A stretch of 64,000 nucleotides of DNA. Source: Octopus vulgaris. Taxonomy: Eukaryota. The notes beneath the pieces are model-generated. The model was not told the DNA's origin. It was given only the letters and a program-made list of their open reading frames with translations, and searched no databases. Below, piece after piece: positions 24,411 to 36,849 of the stretch (positions within the stretch are counted from its first letter, which is position 1; every line of letters starts with the position of its first letter). The position numbers and the translations under genes are program-made. Where the stretch lies: NCBI GenBank assembly GCA_951406725.2, contig OX597814.1, positions 24,056,001 to 24,120,000 on the forward strand. The letters are read 5' to 3'.

Positions 24411-24497
24411 ATATGTGTGTTGCACTCCATTGGGTATTATGATGAGGGTTCTAGTTGATCCAATCAATGGAAAAGCCTGCTTGTGAAATTAACATAC

Positions 24498-24727
24498 CTA
24501 TTTCTTTACTACCCACAAGGGGCTAAACACAGAGAGAACAAACAAGGACAGACAAACGGATTAAGGCGATTATATCGACCCCAGTGCATAACTGGTATTT
24601 ATTTAATCGACCCCGAAAGAATGAAAGGCAAAGTCGACCTCGGCGGAATTTGAACTCAGAACGTAAAGACAAACGAAATACCCTAAGCATTTTGCTCGGT
24701 GCACTAACGTTTCTGCCAGTGTGCCGC
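24498..24727 (-). mobile_element. Family B SINE nested in an older SINE fragment, 18-bp TSD
   Basis: TSD cttgtgaaattaacatac at 24480-24497 and 24728-24745. The host (~24420-24815) matches the 3' module of the 13386-13771 SINE. Confidence 0.92.
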
Positions 24728-25165
24728 CTTGTGAAATTAACATACAAGTGATTGAGCACTCCACAGAAGCTTGAACCCTTAACATAGTTCTCAAGGAGAT
24801 TCCGTGCAACGCAGATTACTGGCAAAAATGATACTACTCACGACCTTGTGACAGTGAGTCAAATACCTTAACTACTAAGACACAAGCCTTCACACACACA
24901 TATTATATGTATGCATATATATAACAAATGAAATGAGTGGCTTAATAGCAATTTGAGCCAAAAAGCAAAATTAATAGAGATCACAAACATGACAAAGGGC
25001 ACCGACTAGCACCACTATTGCTAAAAAGAAGAGTTAAAACAACTCAAAAGCCACAAAGCATGTATGTGTGTGTGTATTTGTCTGTGTGTGTGTGTGTATA
25101 TATACATATATATATATATGTGTATGTATGTCTATATATGTATATACACACACACAGATATATCA

Positions 25166-25250
<85 letters not shown>

Positions 25251-25383
25251 TAAATTAGAGATAAAACCACTATTAGGCAAATCAAACAAAGAAAAACTTA
25301 AGCCAATACATAAAATTAATTAAATTATATTATTTTAAATATATATCAAAAGTATTAAAAGTTTGATAAAAGATAATGGGTAA

Positions 25384-25456
25384 AACACTACGATCGTTTC
25401 ATGGCTGTCCAATTCGTAATAATTCGAGTTATGGTTACAGTCAATCTTCAGGTAAT
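25384..25456 (-). ncRNA. Type I minimal hammerhead ribozyme motif (left arm)
   Basis: CTGAAGA (25451-25445), stem II, GAAA (25400-25397), palindromic ACGATCGT, GUA triplet; one mismatch in stem II. Confidence 0.55.
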
Positions 25457-25485
25457 TGAAATATCTCGCTAAGATAAATATTTCA

Positions 25486-25558
25486 ATTACCTGAAGATTG
25501 GCTGTAACCATAACTCGAATTATTACGAATTGGACAGCCATGAAACGATCGTAGTGTT
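25486..25558 (+). ncRNA. Type I minimal hammerhead ribozyme motif (right arm)
   Basis: CTGAAGA 25491-97; stem II TGGCTGT/ACAGCCA; GAAA 25542-45; palindromic helix III ACGATCGT; GUA triplet ending at 25553; short stem I TAC/GTG. Confidence 0.65.
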
Positions 25559-26516
25559 TTACCCATTATCTTTTATTAAACTTTTAATACTTTTGATATA
25601 AATTTAAAATAATATAAATTAATTAATTTTATGTATTGGCTTAAGTTTTTCTTTGTTTGATTTGCCTAATAGTGGTTTTATCTCTAATTTAATATAATAT
25701 AATATTTTACTATAAAATTGGATTCAATCCTAAATCTGATTTTTCCCTGTAAGTTTGGATTTATTCTCTAATATTTTATTATTATTATATATATATATAT
25801 AGTAAAGTCTATTTGCCAACACAATGTAGCAGTCCTTTACAGGACAATGTTACTACTTTTTAGCCTTAGAAAAACATCTTTTCCAAATGGCTACCAACAC
25901 ATGGTCTGTTGCTCTCTTTCTAGCCTTAGCAATACCTGTACACTGTAGCAACGCAAGTCATAATAAACCTTTAACAGCAGTAATATGACGTAATGGTCAT
26001 GTTGCCTGATTAGGTATAATTGTTAGTTTCCCATTGGTTAAAATTACTGCCCATATTTGGATTCTAAACTTTATTCAAAGAGAAATCTTTCACAAAATAC
26101 GGTCCTTAGAATTCAGGTATGAGCGGTAATAAAAACCATGATTTTTAGGAGAATAATCAACAATCGTGTGTTGTCACTCAATTCCACAACACTCACACTC
26201 AGTATTTGTTGGTAGTCACTCATTTCCACGACACTTACTCTCTTGAGATATTGGCTATTATTATGCCATGTCTATTACTTAATTCAACAAGGCTTTTTTG
26301 AATTGTTGTGGATAACTCTAGTAGCTTAGTATGGAAGAATTAGTTAATATAAATTTTATGTCGTACCTCTCTACAACAATTTTTTTTTACTTATAAAACA
26401 TACTGTAAATATTAAATGTATGTAAATAAACTAATTTAGTAAATAATTTCTTTTTCTTCATTTTCTTCAACCTGTTAATGAAATTTATTTCTGCAACTAT
26501 GAAATTGTTATTATAG

Positions 26517-26567
26517 CAACGAAAAAGAGTGAGCATTATTTATCTTCAACATACATACAGTGCCTTG
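26517..26567 (+). CDS. Candidate small coding exon, unidentified gene (weak)
   Basis: ttattatag|...CTTG|gtatgt; 51 nt, phase 1-1, open frame TKKSEHYLSSTYIQCL. No homology recognised. Confidence 0.2.
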
Positions 26568-26709
26568 GTATGTATCATTCATCACAGCATTTACGCAGCC
26601 TGAGTTAAGATTTATGTATAGTGATAATACCCATAATTAAGTTATAATTGATGGGTTTATCACCATAGATTCCTACTTTTAAAAAAATGTATTTATTATC
26701 TTTTCCAAG

Positions 26710-26747
26710 TTCGAACACGTTATAAATTGATGACCAACCAACATTGA
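26710..26747 (+). CDS. Candidate terminal coding exon, unidentified gene (weak)
   Basis: tcttttccaag| acceptor, phase-compatible with 26517-26567, gives VRTRYKLMTNQH*; retains CpGs. Confidence 0.18.
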
Positions 26748-27921
26748 TTATGAAGCCTACTGGGGAGAATAATCACCATATAAGTTAGATAATATCACCA
26801 TTATAACACCAATGGTTTCTGGGTTATTTTCCTTTCTTGGTACAGGGCAATCATTGGCTAGAGATGGTAGCCATTTGACCTTGCTCACAGTATATAATTT
26901 TGAAGCAACACACAGTGGCTGATCTCGTAAAGAGAAAAATAACTACAGTTCTATATTTAAGAGATGAGGAAATATGTACATTATTTACATTATTTCTATG
27001 CCAGTGGCACGTAAAAAGCACCAGCTGATCGTGGCCATTGCTAGCCTCCTCTGGCCCCTGTGCCAGTGGAAAGTAAAAAGCACCCACTACACTCACAGAG
27101 TGGTTGGTGTTAGGAAGGGCATCCAGCTGTAGAAACACTGCCAGATCAGACTGGTGCATCATCCTGTTTGAGCATTAGTGTACTCCATATAAGATTTTTA
27201 GTTGTAACATATATATATGTTATTCATAAAGGATAAATTTGTGGTACAATTATTACTAATGTAATCAGTTTTCTATTTCTGTGGGGAATTCTAAAAAGTA
27301 TGAAAGTATTTTCTCATAAAGTTTTTCTATGTAGCTTTGTTTTATAGTCTTTAGTGTATTGTTGAAATTGCTCCTTGCTTTAAATGCATGGTAAATCTAC
27401 TGTAGTGTTTTTTCCCGTCTAATTAATGTAACAATTGTGAAATGTTCTACTTTCACTTTTAAGATGAAATTTGTAAATACTATTGATCATTTTAAGGCTT
27501 ACATGACTATTGTATGTTGTTAATAAGGAAACTTATGATCATATTATTTTTTGTAATATATTACAAGTGTCAACTTATGGTTTGTAGTGAAGTATTTTGT
27601 ATTTTGTTCTATGTAATTTTTGATTATGTGTTTGTATGTCCAGCACCTTGTATACATTTATTTCAAATAATACACAGTATATTTATTATGTGTATTTTAG
27701 TAAAGGTATTGCCTAATGAGATTAATGCATTGTATATGACTACATCCATCAGTAGGTTGTTCTACTAGTTTGTTTGAAAATCCATTGTTAATTAGTCTTT
27801 GTCTTATTATGTGGAATATTTTGTCTAGTGTTTCATTTGTGTAAGAGAATCTTAATACTCCCCCAAGTAGTAATTTTTATAACTGGCATTTCGTAGATAT
27901 GTGATGTATGTATGTGGTAGA

Positions 27922-28158
27922 CAGACAATTCATTGACAGACAGTTGGCTAACAGACAACTTACAGACAGGACAATTCTGTGGTATGGTGCAGAGTCCTGT
28001 TGCCAGACATAGGGTGTTCCAGCAGCCACCCTTTTGACCCAGAGCAGCACAACCTCCTCCATGCACTTGATGTAGGCCTTGTGTTGTGCCTGAAGCCATG
28101 TGGGAATTGTCTATCGGCGAATTGCCTATCGGCAAATTATCTGTTGACGAATTGTCTG
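27922..28158 (-). mobile_element. Foldback/MITE-like unit: inverted 15-bp tandem arrays enclosing a Tc1/mariner transposase fragment
   Basis: Left array cagacaattcattga-like (27922-27977) is inverted relative to the right array gaattgtctatcggc-like (28104-28158). The insert encodes AYIKCMEEVVLLWVKRVAAGTPYVWQQDSAPYH. Confidence 0.7.
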
Positions 28159-28821
28159 CACATGATATAGGTACGTATGTATGTATATATGTATGCATGT
28201 ATGTATGTATGAGCACCCCAACCAATCAATCACTTCTTCTGTCACTTTCCGTCTTCCTGTTGCCCTCCCTTCCCATACTTTATCCTCCCCTGCAGATCTT
28301 CTCACCCACCTCCTGATACCACTTTTCTCTTTTGCTTCCCACATCCATCTCAATTGTCAGCTTTTCTTCATTCCTTAATATTGTTTCTCCACAACCCTTT
28401 ATGTTACAGAGCCCATTCCCCTTCCTCTCGCCACCAAATTATCTCACCTCATGTATTACATCTGTTAATACCACTATTCCACTCTAGCAGCCTACCCAAA
28501 CATATCATCTCTCTCTCACCCGCTTCATCTTAACTATTGCTATACTACATGTTGCATGCTTGTAGCTTCCCCAGCTTGTGCACTCTCTCCCCTCAGTTCT
28601 TCCCCAATTTTTATAGATGTTGGCCATCTCTCTCTCCAACTTCTACTTCCTCTCCCACCTTACACTCTTGCAAACCCCCACCATATTACAGTTTCTACTA
28701 CCTGAGCTGCTATCTGGAATCTCCTTGGATATACCTCTAATTCATTCTCACTCACTCTCCTATATTTGAGTATCCATTTATTTCCACTACCTCTAAACTC
28801 TTCCCTCATGCTTTAACCCAC

Positions 28822-29760
28822 TCATCATCATCATCATCATCATTTAGCATCTTTTTTCGATGCTAGCATGGTTTGATATGGAGCTGGGCAGCCAGGGAGC
28901 TGTCCAGATTCCAGTCATCTGTTGCTGCATGGTTTCTACAGCTGGATGCCTTTCCTTATGCCAACCACTTTACAGAGTATGCTGGGTACTTTTTACATGC
29001 CAACGGTATGGGTGCATTCATGCAGCACCAACACAAATGCACTTTATGTTGCACCAGCTCCTGTAAAGGACAAGCCTGTATGCATGAATGACAGTGATTT
29101 TATGAAGCTTGGCATGTTTTCTCAAGTGCAGCAAATCACTACAACGCCCAATCCCTTGTACATTTCCTCAGTGAGGCCCAACATCTGATCCTTCTCCATA
29201 TAAAATATCCCCCATATAAAATATGGATGCAGCATCCTCCTGCAATAGGTTTGTTGATTTTGAAGCACGTATAATGCACCTAACACACTCTGTTAAGTGG
29301 TTGGTGTTAGGAAGGGCATCCAGCCCTAGAAACAATGCCACAACAGACAACTGGAGTCTAGACAGCTCCCAGCTGGATAACTCCATGTCAAACTGTTCGA
29401 TCCATACAAGCATGGAAAGTGGACGTTAAGTGATGATAAAGATGATAGTGACCTCAATAGTGCCAGTGGCATGCAAAGAGTATGCAGTACACACTCTAAA
29501 GTGGTTGACATGAGGAAGTGTATCCAACCATGGAAACCATATTAAAGCAGACAATAGAGTCCGATGCTGACTTGCTTTACACAAAAAAGACCATCCAGTA
29601 TACAGTGTAAAGCAGTTGGCATTAGAAAGGGCCTCCAGTCATAAAAACCATGCCAACAAAGGCACTGGAGCTTGATGCAGTCCTTGGTCTCATTGGATCC
29701 TTATCAAACCATCCAGCCCAAGCCAGCATGAAACATGGACCTTAAATGATGATGGTGATG
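28822..29760. mobile_element. Cluster of family C-related elements in both orientations
   Basis: Minus copy ~28822-29190 and plus copies ~29270-29445 and ~29450-29760; all carry the GGTTGG..AGGAAGGGCATCCAGC module and GAT-rich tails. Confidence 0.75.
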
Positions 29761-29764
29761 ATAT

Positions 29765-29803
<39 letters not shown>

Positions 29804-30449
29804 TGTGTCTGTGTGTTTGTGTGTGTATATGTACAGAGATTCATAAATTCAATATTTATAACTGTTTGAATATCTTGAAGAAAAATAATACACAAACATA
29901 TAATTTTTTGACAGGCAAGCTTAATTTTTTCGATCAGTTATAAGTATAGGTTAATATATACATTTTTAGTGCCATCTGAAACCTTTGAAAAATAACCCTA
30001 TTCAAATGTAGCTTGCAACATTTTTGCAATTAAAAAAAATGAATGCTTAAAATTTTCAGATCATATCCTGTATGAAAATTATAAGAGATGGTTGTCAGTA
30101 GTGATATCTTTCAAAGTTACATTTTGTTTATTTCTTTTTTTTTTTTTCTTCATATAATTAATTCTATTACCATCAAAATAAATCATAGTGATTGAAGAGC
30201 CCCTATGTTTTTGTTTTTTTCTATATCGAGATCTTTGAGTAGGATTTTTAAAAACTTTTCTTTTTCTAAACTTGTTAAGTACTCAGTAACACCATCGCTG
30301 CAGGATTTTATTTTAATTTTATTTTAAGTTAGATCTTCAGCTTGTTGATCAAAGTTCTATCCATGATGAATAATTTAAAACTTTTTCAGTGATTATAGAA
30401 TTGCATATGATTGAGTGGATTTTTCAATTTCTTGAGAAATATTAGTTTC

Positions 30450-30662
30450 AAATTTTTGCAAAAAGGCAAGCAATTTTAGGGGGAAGGGACAGTGCATCAA
30501 TTACATCGATCCCTGTGTTCAACTGGTACTTATTTTATCAACCTCCAAAGGAAGAAAGGCAAAGTTGACCTCAGTGGAATTTGAACTCAGAAAGTTAAGA
30601 TGGACAAAATGCCACTAAGTATTTTTCCTGGCATGCTAGTGATTCTGCCAGCTCATCACCTT
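30450..30662 (-). mobile_element. Family B SINE
   Basis: ctggtacttattttatcaacctccaaaggaagaaaggcaaagttgacctcagtggaatttgaactcagaa..ctgccagctc. Confidence 0.85.
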
Positions 30663-32146
30663 AATTTACTGAGAGATACCAACAAGTAGAAAGCAAAAAG
30701 CACTTGACCATTGTCCAATGATTGAAATAACTAAAAAAAAATAAAGCAATATAACAAATGAAGGCAAAGTCATTCTAAGGATGGTTGGTGAATATTTTAT
30801 CATGTTTCATTTTGATTGTTAAGCCTCTGACACTCAATAGTTCTCCTCTTACCCTCCTATTCTTCTTCTTCTTCTTCTTCTTCTTCTTCTTCTTCTTCTT
30901 CTTCTTCTTCTTTTTCTTCTTCTTTACCCTCCATGTCTCCCCTAAACCCCTTCCCATCCTCCCTCTCCTCCCTTCCCACCTACTGTTCATCATCATCATC
31001 ATAATCATCATTTATGTCCATAGACTGAATGGTTTGTTATGGTCTAAATTAGTTCTTTTGTAGAGTTACTTACTGACCTCCCGGACATGCTGGAGGACCA
31101 TATCTTCCTTGTATATTTCATTAAAGCATTGTGTCTATGGTTTGGTTGTATCTCTTAATTAACATCAACTATTTCCACTTACTTTACAGTGTTTACTGGG
31201 ACCATTTTATAACACCAGAGCTAGATATAGACATGTCCTTCATAATACCCTAAGAGTTCATTATACCCTATTTTATTCTACAGATCCACCAACAATTTTA
31301 CAGAGTGCATTGAGCACCAGTACTGGTGATGTTGGTTTTATTCACTTCAAGACTAACGATTTCTCTTGATTCTATGTTCTCTCTCTATATTTTTCAAGTT
31401 AAACATGTTAGTGCACAAAATTATTCTTGAATCTTAAGAGAAATCATTATCTCTTTTGTTTTTCATCAAAAATTAAAACCTAAATCTCTTGATACCAACA
31501 CAACTAAAAGCATGTCTGGTACTATGAATCAAAATCTCTTGTTTTAAGTGCCAATACCTAAAGTTCCAGATCAGTATTTAGAAAGTTATTTTGCAAAACA
31601 TTTATGGTTTGCTATTTTCAATGATATATTAGGGTATTTCATTAAAAATATAATCACAAAACAGCTATTTCATTATTCTATAATAGAAGGAATTGTCACA
31701 AACCCTGTAAAGGCTAAAAGAAATATGAACTGTTAATATCAATGTTCAACTGTATTGCTTTACCTTTTAAAATTTTATATATATGATATTCCTGTAATAT
31801 TATACTTCTGGTCAAGCTAAAAGTATTTCTATATTTCTTGAAAAAAAACATTTTTGTATTTGAAAATTTGACAGCATTTCCAAACATTCTTTTTCATTTT
31901 AAACAATATGAAATTATTTTCAATTTCAAAAAAAAATTCCTGCATTATTTTCACACGATAAAATTGTTTTAATTTTAATATAGTGTGGCAACATGAAATC
32001 ATAATGTATAAGTGTTGTTTTTTCCATCAGGCAAACTAGACTAAGCATAGTTACTTCCTTTGTTTATAACTATAATACAAAGTCCCATGAGGGCTGAGAA
32101 TCCTATTAATATTACACGTTTTAGATGAATAAGGCCACAAGCTCAC

Positions 32147-32672
32147 ATCATCATCATTCATTTAGCGTCCGTTTTCCATGCTAGCATGGGTTGGACGGTT
32201 CAACTGGGGTCTGGGGAGCCCGAAGGCTGCACCAGGCCAGTCAGATCTGGCAGTGTTTCTACAGCTGGATGCCCTTCCTAACGCCAACCACTCCGAGAGT
32301 GTAGTGGGTGATTTTATGTGCCATCGACACAGGTGCCAGACGAGGCTGGCGAACGGCCACGCTCGGATGGTGTTTTTTATGTGCCACCAACACAGGTGCC
32401 AGACGAGGCTGGCAGATGGCCATGCTCGGATGGTGTTTTTATGTGCCACCGACACAGGTGCCAGATGAGGCTGGCGAACGCCCACGATCGGATGGTGTTT
32501 GTTACGTGCCCGCAGCACGGAGGCTAGTCGATGCGGTACTGGCTACGGCCACGTTCGGATGGTTTTCCTGTGTGCCACCGGCACTGGTACCACAAAGATA
32601 CAAATTCCATTGATGTTCATCTATTTTGATTTGTTTTGATTGATTTTCACTTGCCTCAACAGGTCTTCACAT
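32147..32672 (-). mobile_element. Family C element with five hairpin units (~60-bp period)
   Basis: Same 5' start (TGAAGACCTGTTGAGGCAAGTGA on the minus strand) and tail as 11462-11910; CpG-rich tandem units. Confidence 0.88.
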
Positions 32673-33457
32673 AACCACAGTATTTTTGTTAGGAGCAGTG
32701 CCCTCAGTTATTACTTAGTTTTGAAAGAGAAAATGGCAGAACAATATCATACAAATCTTGTAATTAAAAGACAAAAGTGATATATTTGATATCATGTCTG
32801 GCACAAATCAACTGAAGAAGAAAGTGAAGTTTATAAATGTTATGCCTTGCTTATGAGGAGTCCAGAATATTGCCAAAATCTGTTCAGGGTTTTCTGCTGT
32901 ATCTGCCAAACAGAAAAAGAAATAATAAAAATGACATCATACATTGACTAAAATCATGTTTTAGTTACTGCATATTTAATTATAGTTAGCTTTTTAATAC
33001 TAATGATGCTAACTTAACTAAAATATAATGGTGGCAGAAGTAGTGATGAATAAATTTTAAGGAAATCTAAAAGTAAATGTGTGTAAAATATATTATCAAT
33101 ATTCTGGGAATTAACACTTCTCATGAATTTTTGAATAGCATCCATAAAATTTCTTATTTATAAGAAAACTTTGGGGGCTGGATTCCTCCAGTGATAACTG
33201 AAGCAAAAAGTAATTGAATTTGTGAAGAATTATTTTGTTCATACAACATCATTATATTTTTATAATTTGTTTTGGGATCAATAGCTATGAGACAAGAAAT
33301 TTGGTTATGAAATTGTTTTAAATTTTTCATGTTGCATGAAAATATATAATTAATAAATACTATATTTCAGAATAGAGAATATTGTTATGCAAATAACACA
33401 CGAGCCAATGTTTTAAAAATAATAATGCAATGCTCAATATTGTGTAAATAACACCAT

Positions 33458-34435
33458 TGCCAATATTGCATAAATAATAGTTCATTGCCCCAAAAGTTGA
33501 TTTTGAGGAAATAAAGAAAATTTATATTGTTTCTGGCTCTGGTAATGATACAAGGATTCTTACTTTCAAGTAATTCTGATGTGAGGAAAATATGTTGCCA
33601 TTTGAATATGATTTAGCCTGTGAGTATATTGGACTTTTTAAATTTTAGCTGCACTATTCACATCATTGATCATTTAGAAAGAAAAGATTTTTGGCTTGGC
33701 AAACCTGCATAAATAACATATGCCTGTATTCTCAGTTTGCTTATTCTACTTTTACTCTAGCAGCTTCTGCTCACTAGATGTTGGGATATCCCTCATTTAT
33801 TCTGAATTCTTCATACCAACAATTAATGACAAGAATATACAAAAAACATCATGTCTACTAAAGGCTAAGAACAGTCTTGCCCACCCTAGGTTTAACATTT
33901 GGCTGCATTCCATGATCTTAAGCTTTGCTTGATGTTAATTAGTATAAACAATTTAAACTGCATGTCACCACCACCACCACCAACGACCATCGCCATATCT
34001 GATTTTCTATGCTTGCATGGGTGGTCAGGTCCTTGCCAGTTGAGAAGTACTGGTTATTACTGCTACTTTTGCTTACTTTTGATATCTCCTTTGGGGTTTA
34101 ATATTCTGATTTCAGTTTTCCCCACATCTGCCTAAGCCATTCTTGTTCTTCCTCCACCAAATGATTGCACGGCATTTTTGTATTCATTTATCACCATCTA
34201 CACACATGTCTGTATGCCAATATTGCATAAATAATAGTTCATTGCCCAAAAAATTGTTTTTGAGGAAATAAAGAAAATTTATATTATTTCTGGCACCAAG
34301 AATGTGAGGATTCTTACTACCAAGTAATTCTGCTGTCAGAAAAATATTTAGCCATTTGAATATAATTTAGCCTGTGAATATATTGGACCTTTTAACTAAA
34401 CCATTCACATCATAGATCATTTAGAAATAAAAATT
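33458..34435 (+). repeat. Direct duplication of ~225 bp unique sequence (33458-33689 and 34215-34435)
   Basis: Both copies begin tgccaatattgcataaataatagttcattgccc and end attcacatcatwgatcatttagaaa. Confidence 0.9.
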
Positions 34436-34723
34436 CGTTCATATTAACATATTATCCAGAACATGCTTGTCTTATTTCTTTCCAGCTTTCTCATATCATT
34501 TGTGTTCAATGCCTATGTTACACTACTATGTGTATATGATATACAAAGTTTAAGACATTTAAAAACCTGACAATTTTCCTTTAATTTAAAAAGTTTTTCA
34601 TAGCACAGTGATGTATTTCACAGTTTAATTGGTGATTGTAATATGTTAAAATACTTACTTTAATGGAAATATAAATCTTCACAGAATGTATCTGTTACAC
34701 TTTTAAAAAAATACCAACTTCAC

Positions 34724-35165
34724 ATCATCAACGTTTGCTTTCCATGCTCGCATGGGTTGGATGGTTTGACTGAAAACTGGTAAGCCGGGGAGCTGCACCA
34801 GGTTCCAATCTGATTTGGCCTGGTTTCTATGGCTGGATACCCTTCCTAACGCCAACCACTGATATGGGTGCCATTCACATGACACCAGCATTAGCCATGA
34901 CTATGTTTTCACTTAAGAAATGTGCAGGAAGTCAGATGACACTTGTATCGGCCATGTCTACAATTTCTCTTGGTTTGACAGGCCTCCTCAAGCACAGCAT
35001 ATTACCGGCATGTAAATGGTGCTTTATACATGCATTAAGTGACACTGGCATTGGCCATGATTACAATCTCACTTGGCTTGACAGGTCTTTCTCAAGCACC
35101 ACATATCACCAAAGGTCTTGGTCACTTGTCATTGTCTCCATGAGGCCCAACATTCAAAGATCATG
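34724..35165 (-). mobile_element. Family C-related element
   Basis: catcatcaacgtttgctttccatgctcgcatgggttggatgg..cccttcctaacgccaaccac plus repeated ttgacagg..ctcaagcac units. Confidence 0.75.
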
Positions 35166-35489
35166 AATGGATATTTTTTTCTAAAATAACTTAGTACATT
35201 TCTTAATCTTTCTCTACATTAGTCTCTATTTTAAATGTATTATGATACACCTTAACAACATGAAGAAAATGCAATTTGTTATAGCTCTTGTATTTTATTC
35301 TATATGACTTTTTCTACCTTAGATATATTACTTTTTATAATTATATAACTTTCAGAAAATATGCAGTTTAACAACCAAAAGATCAGGATTTAAAACTAAT
35401 TCTGTCTGGTAATTGAATCTCCTGGTAAATCTGCCTAACTTTTAAACCCTTATATTTTTCTCTCTTTGATAGTTTCCTTTCAGATGACA

Positions 35490-35960
35490 ACAGGTACAAT
35501 ACTCACACTGTTAATTCTGGACTCCTTCTTATACATCAATGAATCAATGGACTCCTTACTGTCACTACTAACAACTCATGCACAGATGATATAACTATTT
35601 ATTGTTCACCACCTTTTGCATACCCCAATATCATCTGCATGCAGCCTAAACACCTTGTACCAAATCTGTGGTGATTCCATGAATAAAGTTCTCAAACTTA
35701 TTCTCCAATGGAACCATGCCAATCTTGCATATCTCAACAGCAAAATCACAATTGCTAAGCATATCAAGTCAATACTGTTACCTATCATGCACTTTAAATA
35801 TAAACAGAATGTTTCTAGATCTTTCAAGGTCCCTACAAATATTAGACCTCATCACCACTGAAAAATCTCTCCTAGCATTCACACATTCTCGATATAGCAG
35901 ACACTGTCAAAAGCACTACCTTCTTCTTCAGACACTGCAAACATATTTTCTCATATACAA
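35490..35960 (+). mobile_element. LINE (Jockey/CR1-like) RT relic
   Basis: Degenerate FLYINE..CTDDITI (YADD-like), LKLILQWNHANLAYLNSK, SLQILDLITTENLS*HSHI (cf. LGLTFTSNLSWKSHI). Confidence 0.65.
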
Positions 35961-36479
35961 ATAATTAATTCTTATATTTTGTAGTATGTTTAATGATATT
36001 TCATTGTTTTTTGATAATCTGAATATTTTGGATTAACAAGATAGCGAAATGTATATTTGTGAAATGCTTTAGAGCCAACAATAATTTGCATCTAAATTCT
36101 TAACCATAATATAAATTACAGAATACATGTGAAGCTAATTAACTTGCTATTTGCTTAGAATAAGAAAACATGATCTACTTGTAAGATGAAATCTAGACAT
36201 TCTCATCCTCTTTCATGGACATGGTGTATGATTTAAACTATAGTTTATATATTCTGCTAGTAGAATATGAACTGATGATTGTAAAGCATCCTATCAATTT
36301 AACAATTCATCTTTACATTTTTATTAATATTTCTCTATCTATCCATTTATCTATCTGTTGTGTGTGTACACACACACACACAAGCGTTAATAAAAGAGAT
36401 TCTGCAGTAATATATCAAGTACTTTTCTCACATTTGCTTAGTTAAATGTGTGTGTGTGTGTAATATATTTTACTGTTCT

Positions 36480-36818
36480 GTTGGCTCAATGGTTAGAGCA
36501 TCAGGTTCACAATCACGAGGTAGTGAGTTTGATTCCCAAACCAGGTTGTGTTGTATTCTTGATTAAGAGAGTTCATTTCATGTTACTCAAATTTACACAG
36601 CTGTAAAAATGAGTTGCAATGTCACTGGTGCCAAGCAGTATTGTCCTTTCCCTTTCTCTTGGACAACATTGGTGGCATGGATAGGGGAGGCTGATATGCA
36701 TGGGCGACTGCTGATCTTCCAGAAACAACCTTACCCAGACTTGTGCCTCAGATGGGAACTTTCTAGATGCAATCCCATGGTCATTCATGACTGAAGGTGG
36801 TCTTTACCCTTTACCTTA
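36480..36818 (+). mobile_element. tRNA-derived SINE, separate family
   Basis: A-box-like TGGCTCAATGG, B-box-like GAGTTTGATTCCC, RTE/BovB-like 3' stem region, (CTTTAC)n tail. Confidence 0.75.
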
Positions 36819-36849
36819 GGATCAACAAAAATGGGAGATGAATATCATT

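Larger units (their letters stand above)
25241..25701. repeat. Near-perfect long inverted repeat (224-bp arms, 13-nt spacer), PLE pseudo-LTR-like
   Basis: Arms 25241-25464 and 25478-25701 differ at about 4 positions by manual comparison; the unit is embedded in (TA)n tracts. Confidence 0.95.

Noticed and set aside
33163-33210. Peptide NFGGWIPPVITEAK resembling a START-domain GGWIP motif
   Set aside because: A five-residue match with weak splice sites and no other START-like exons.
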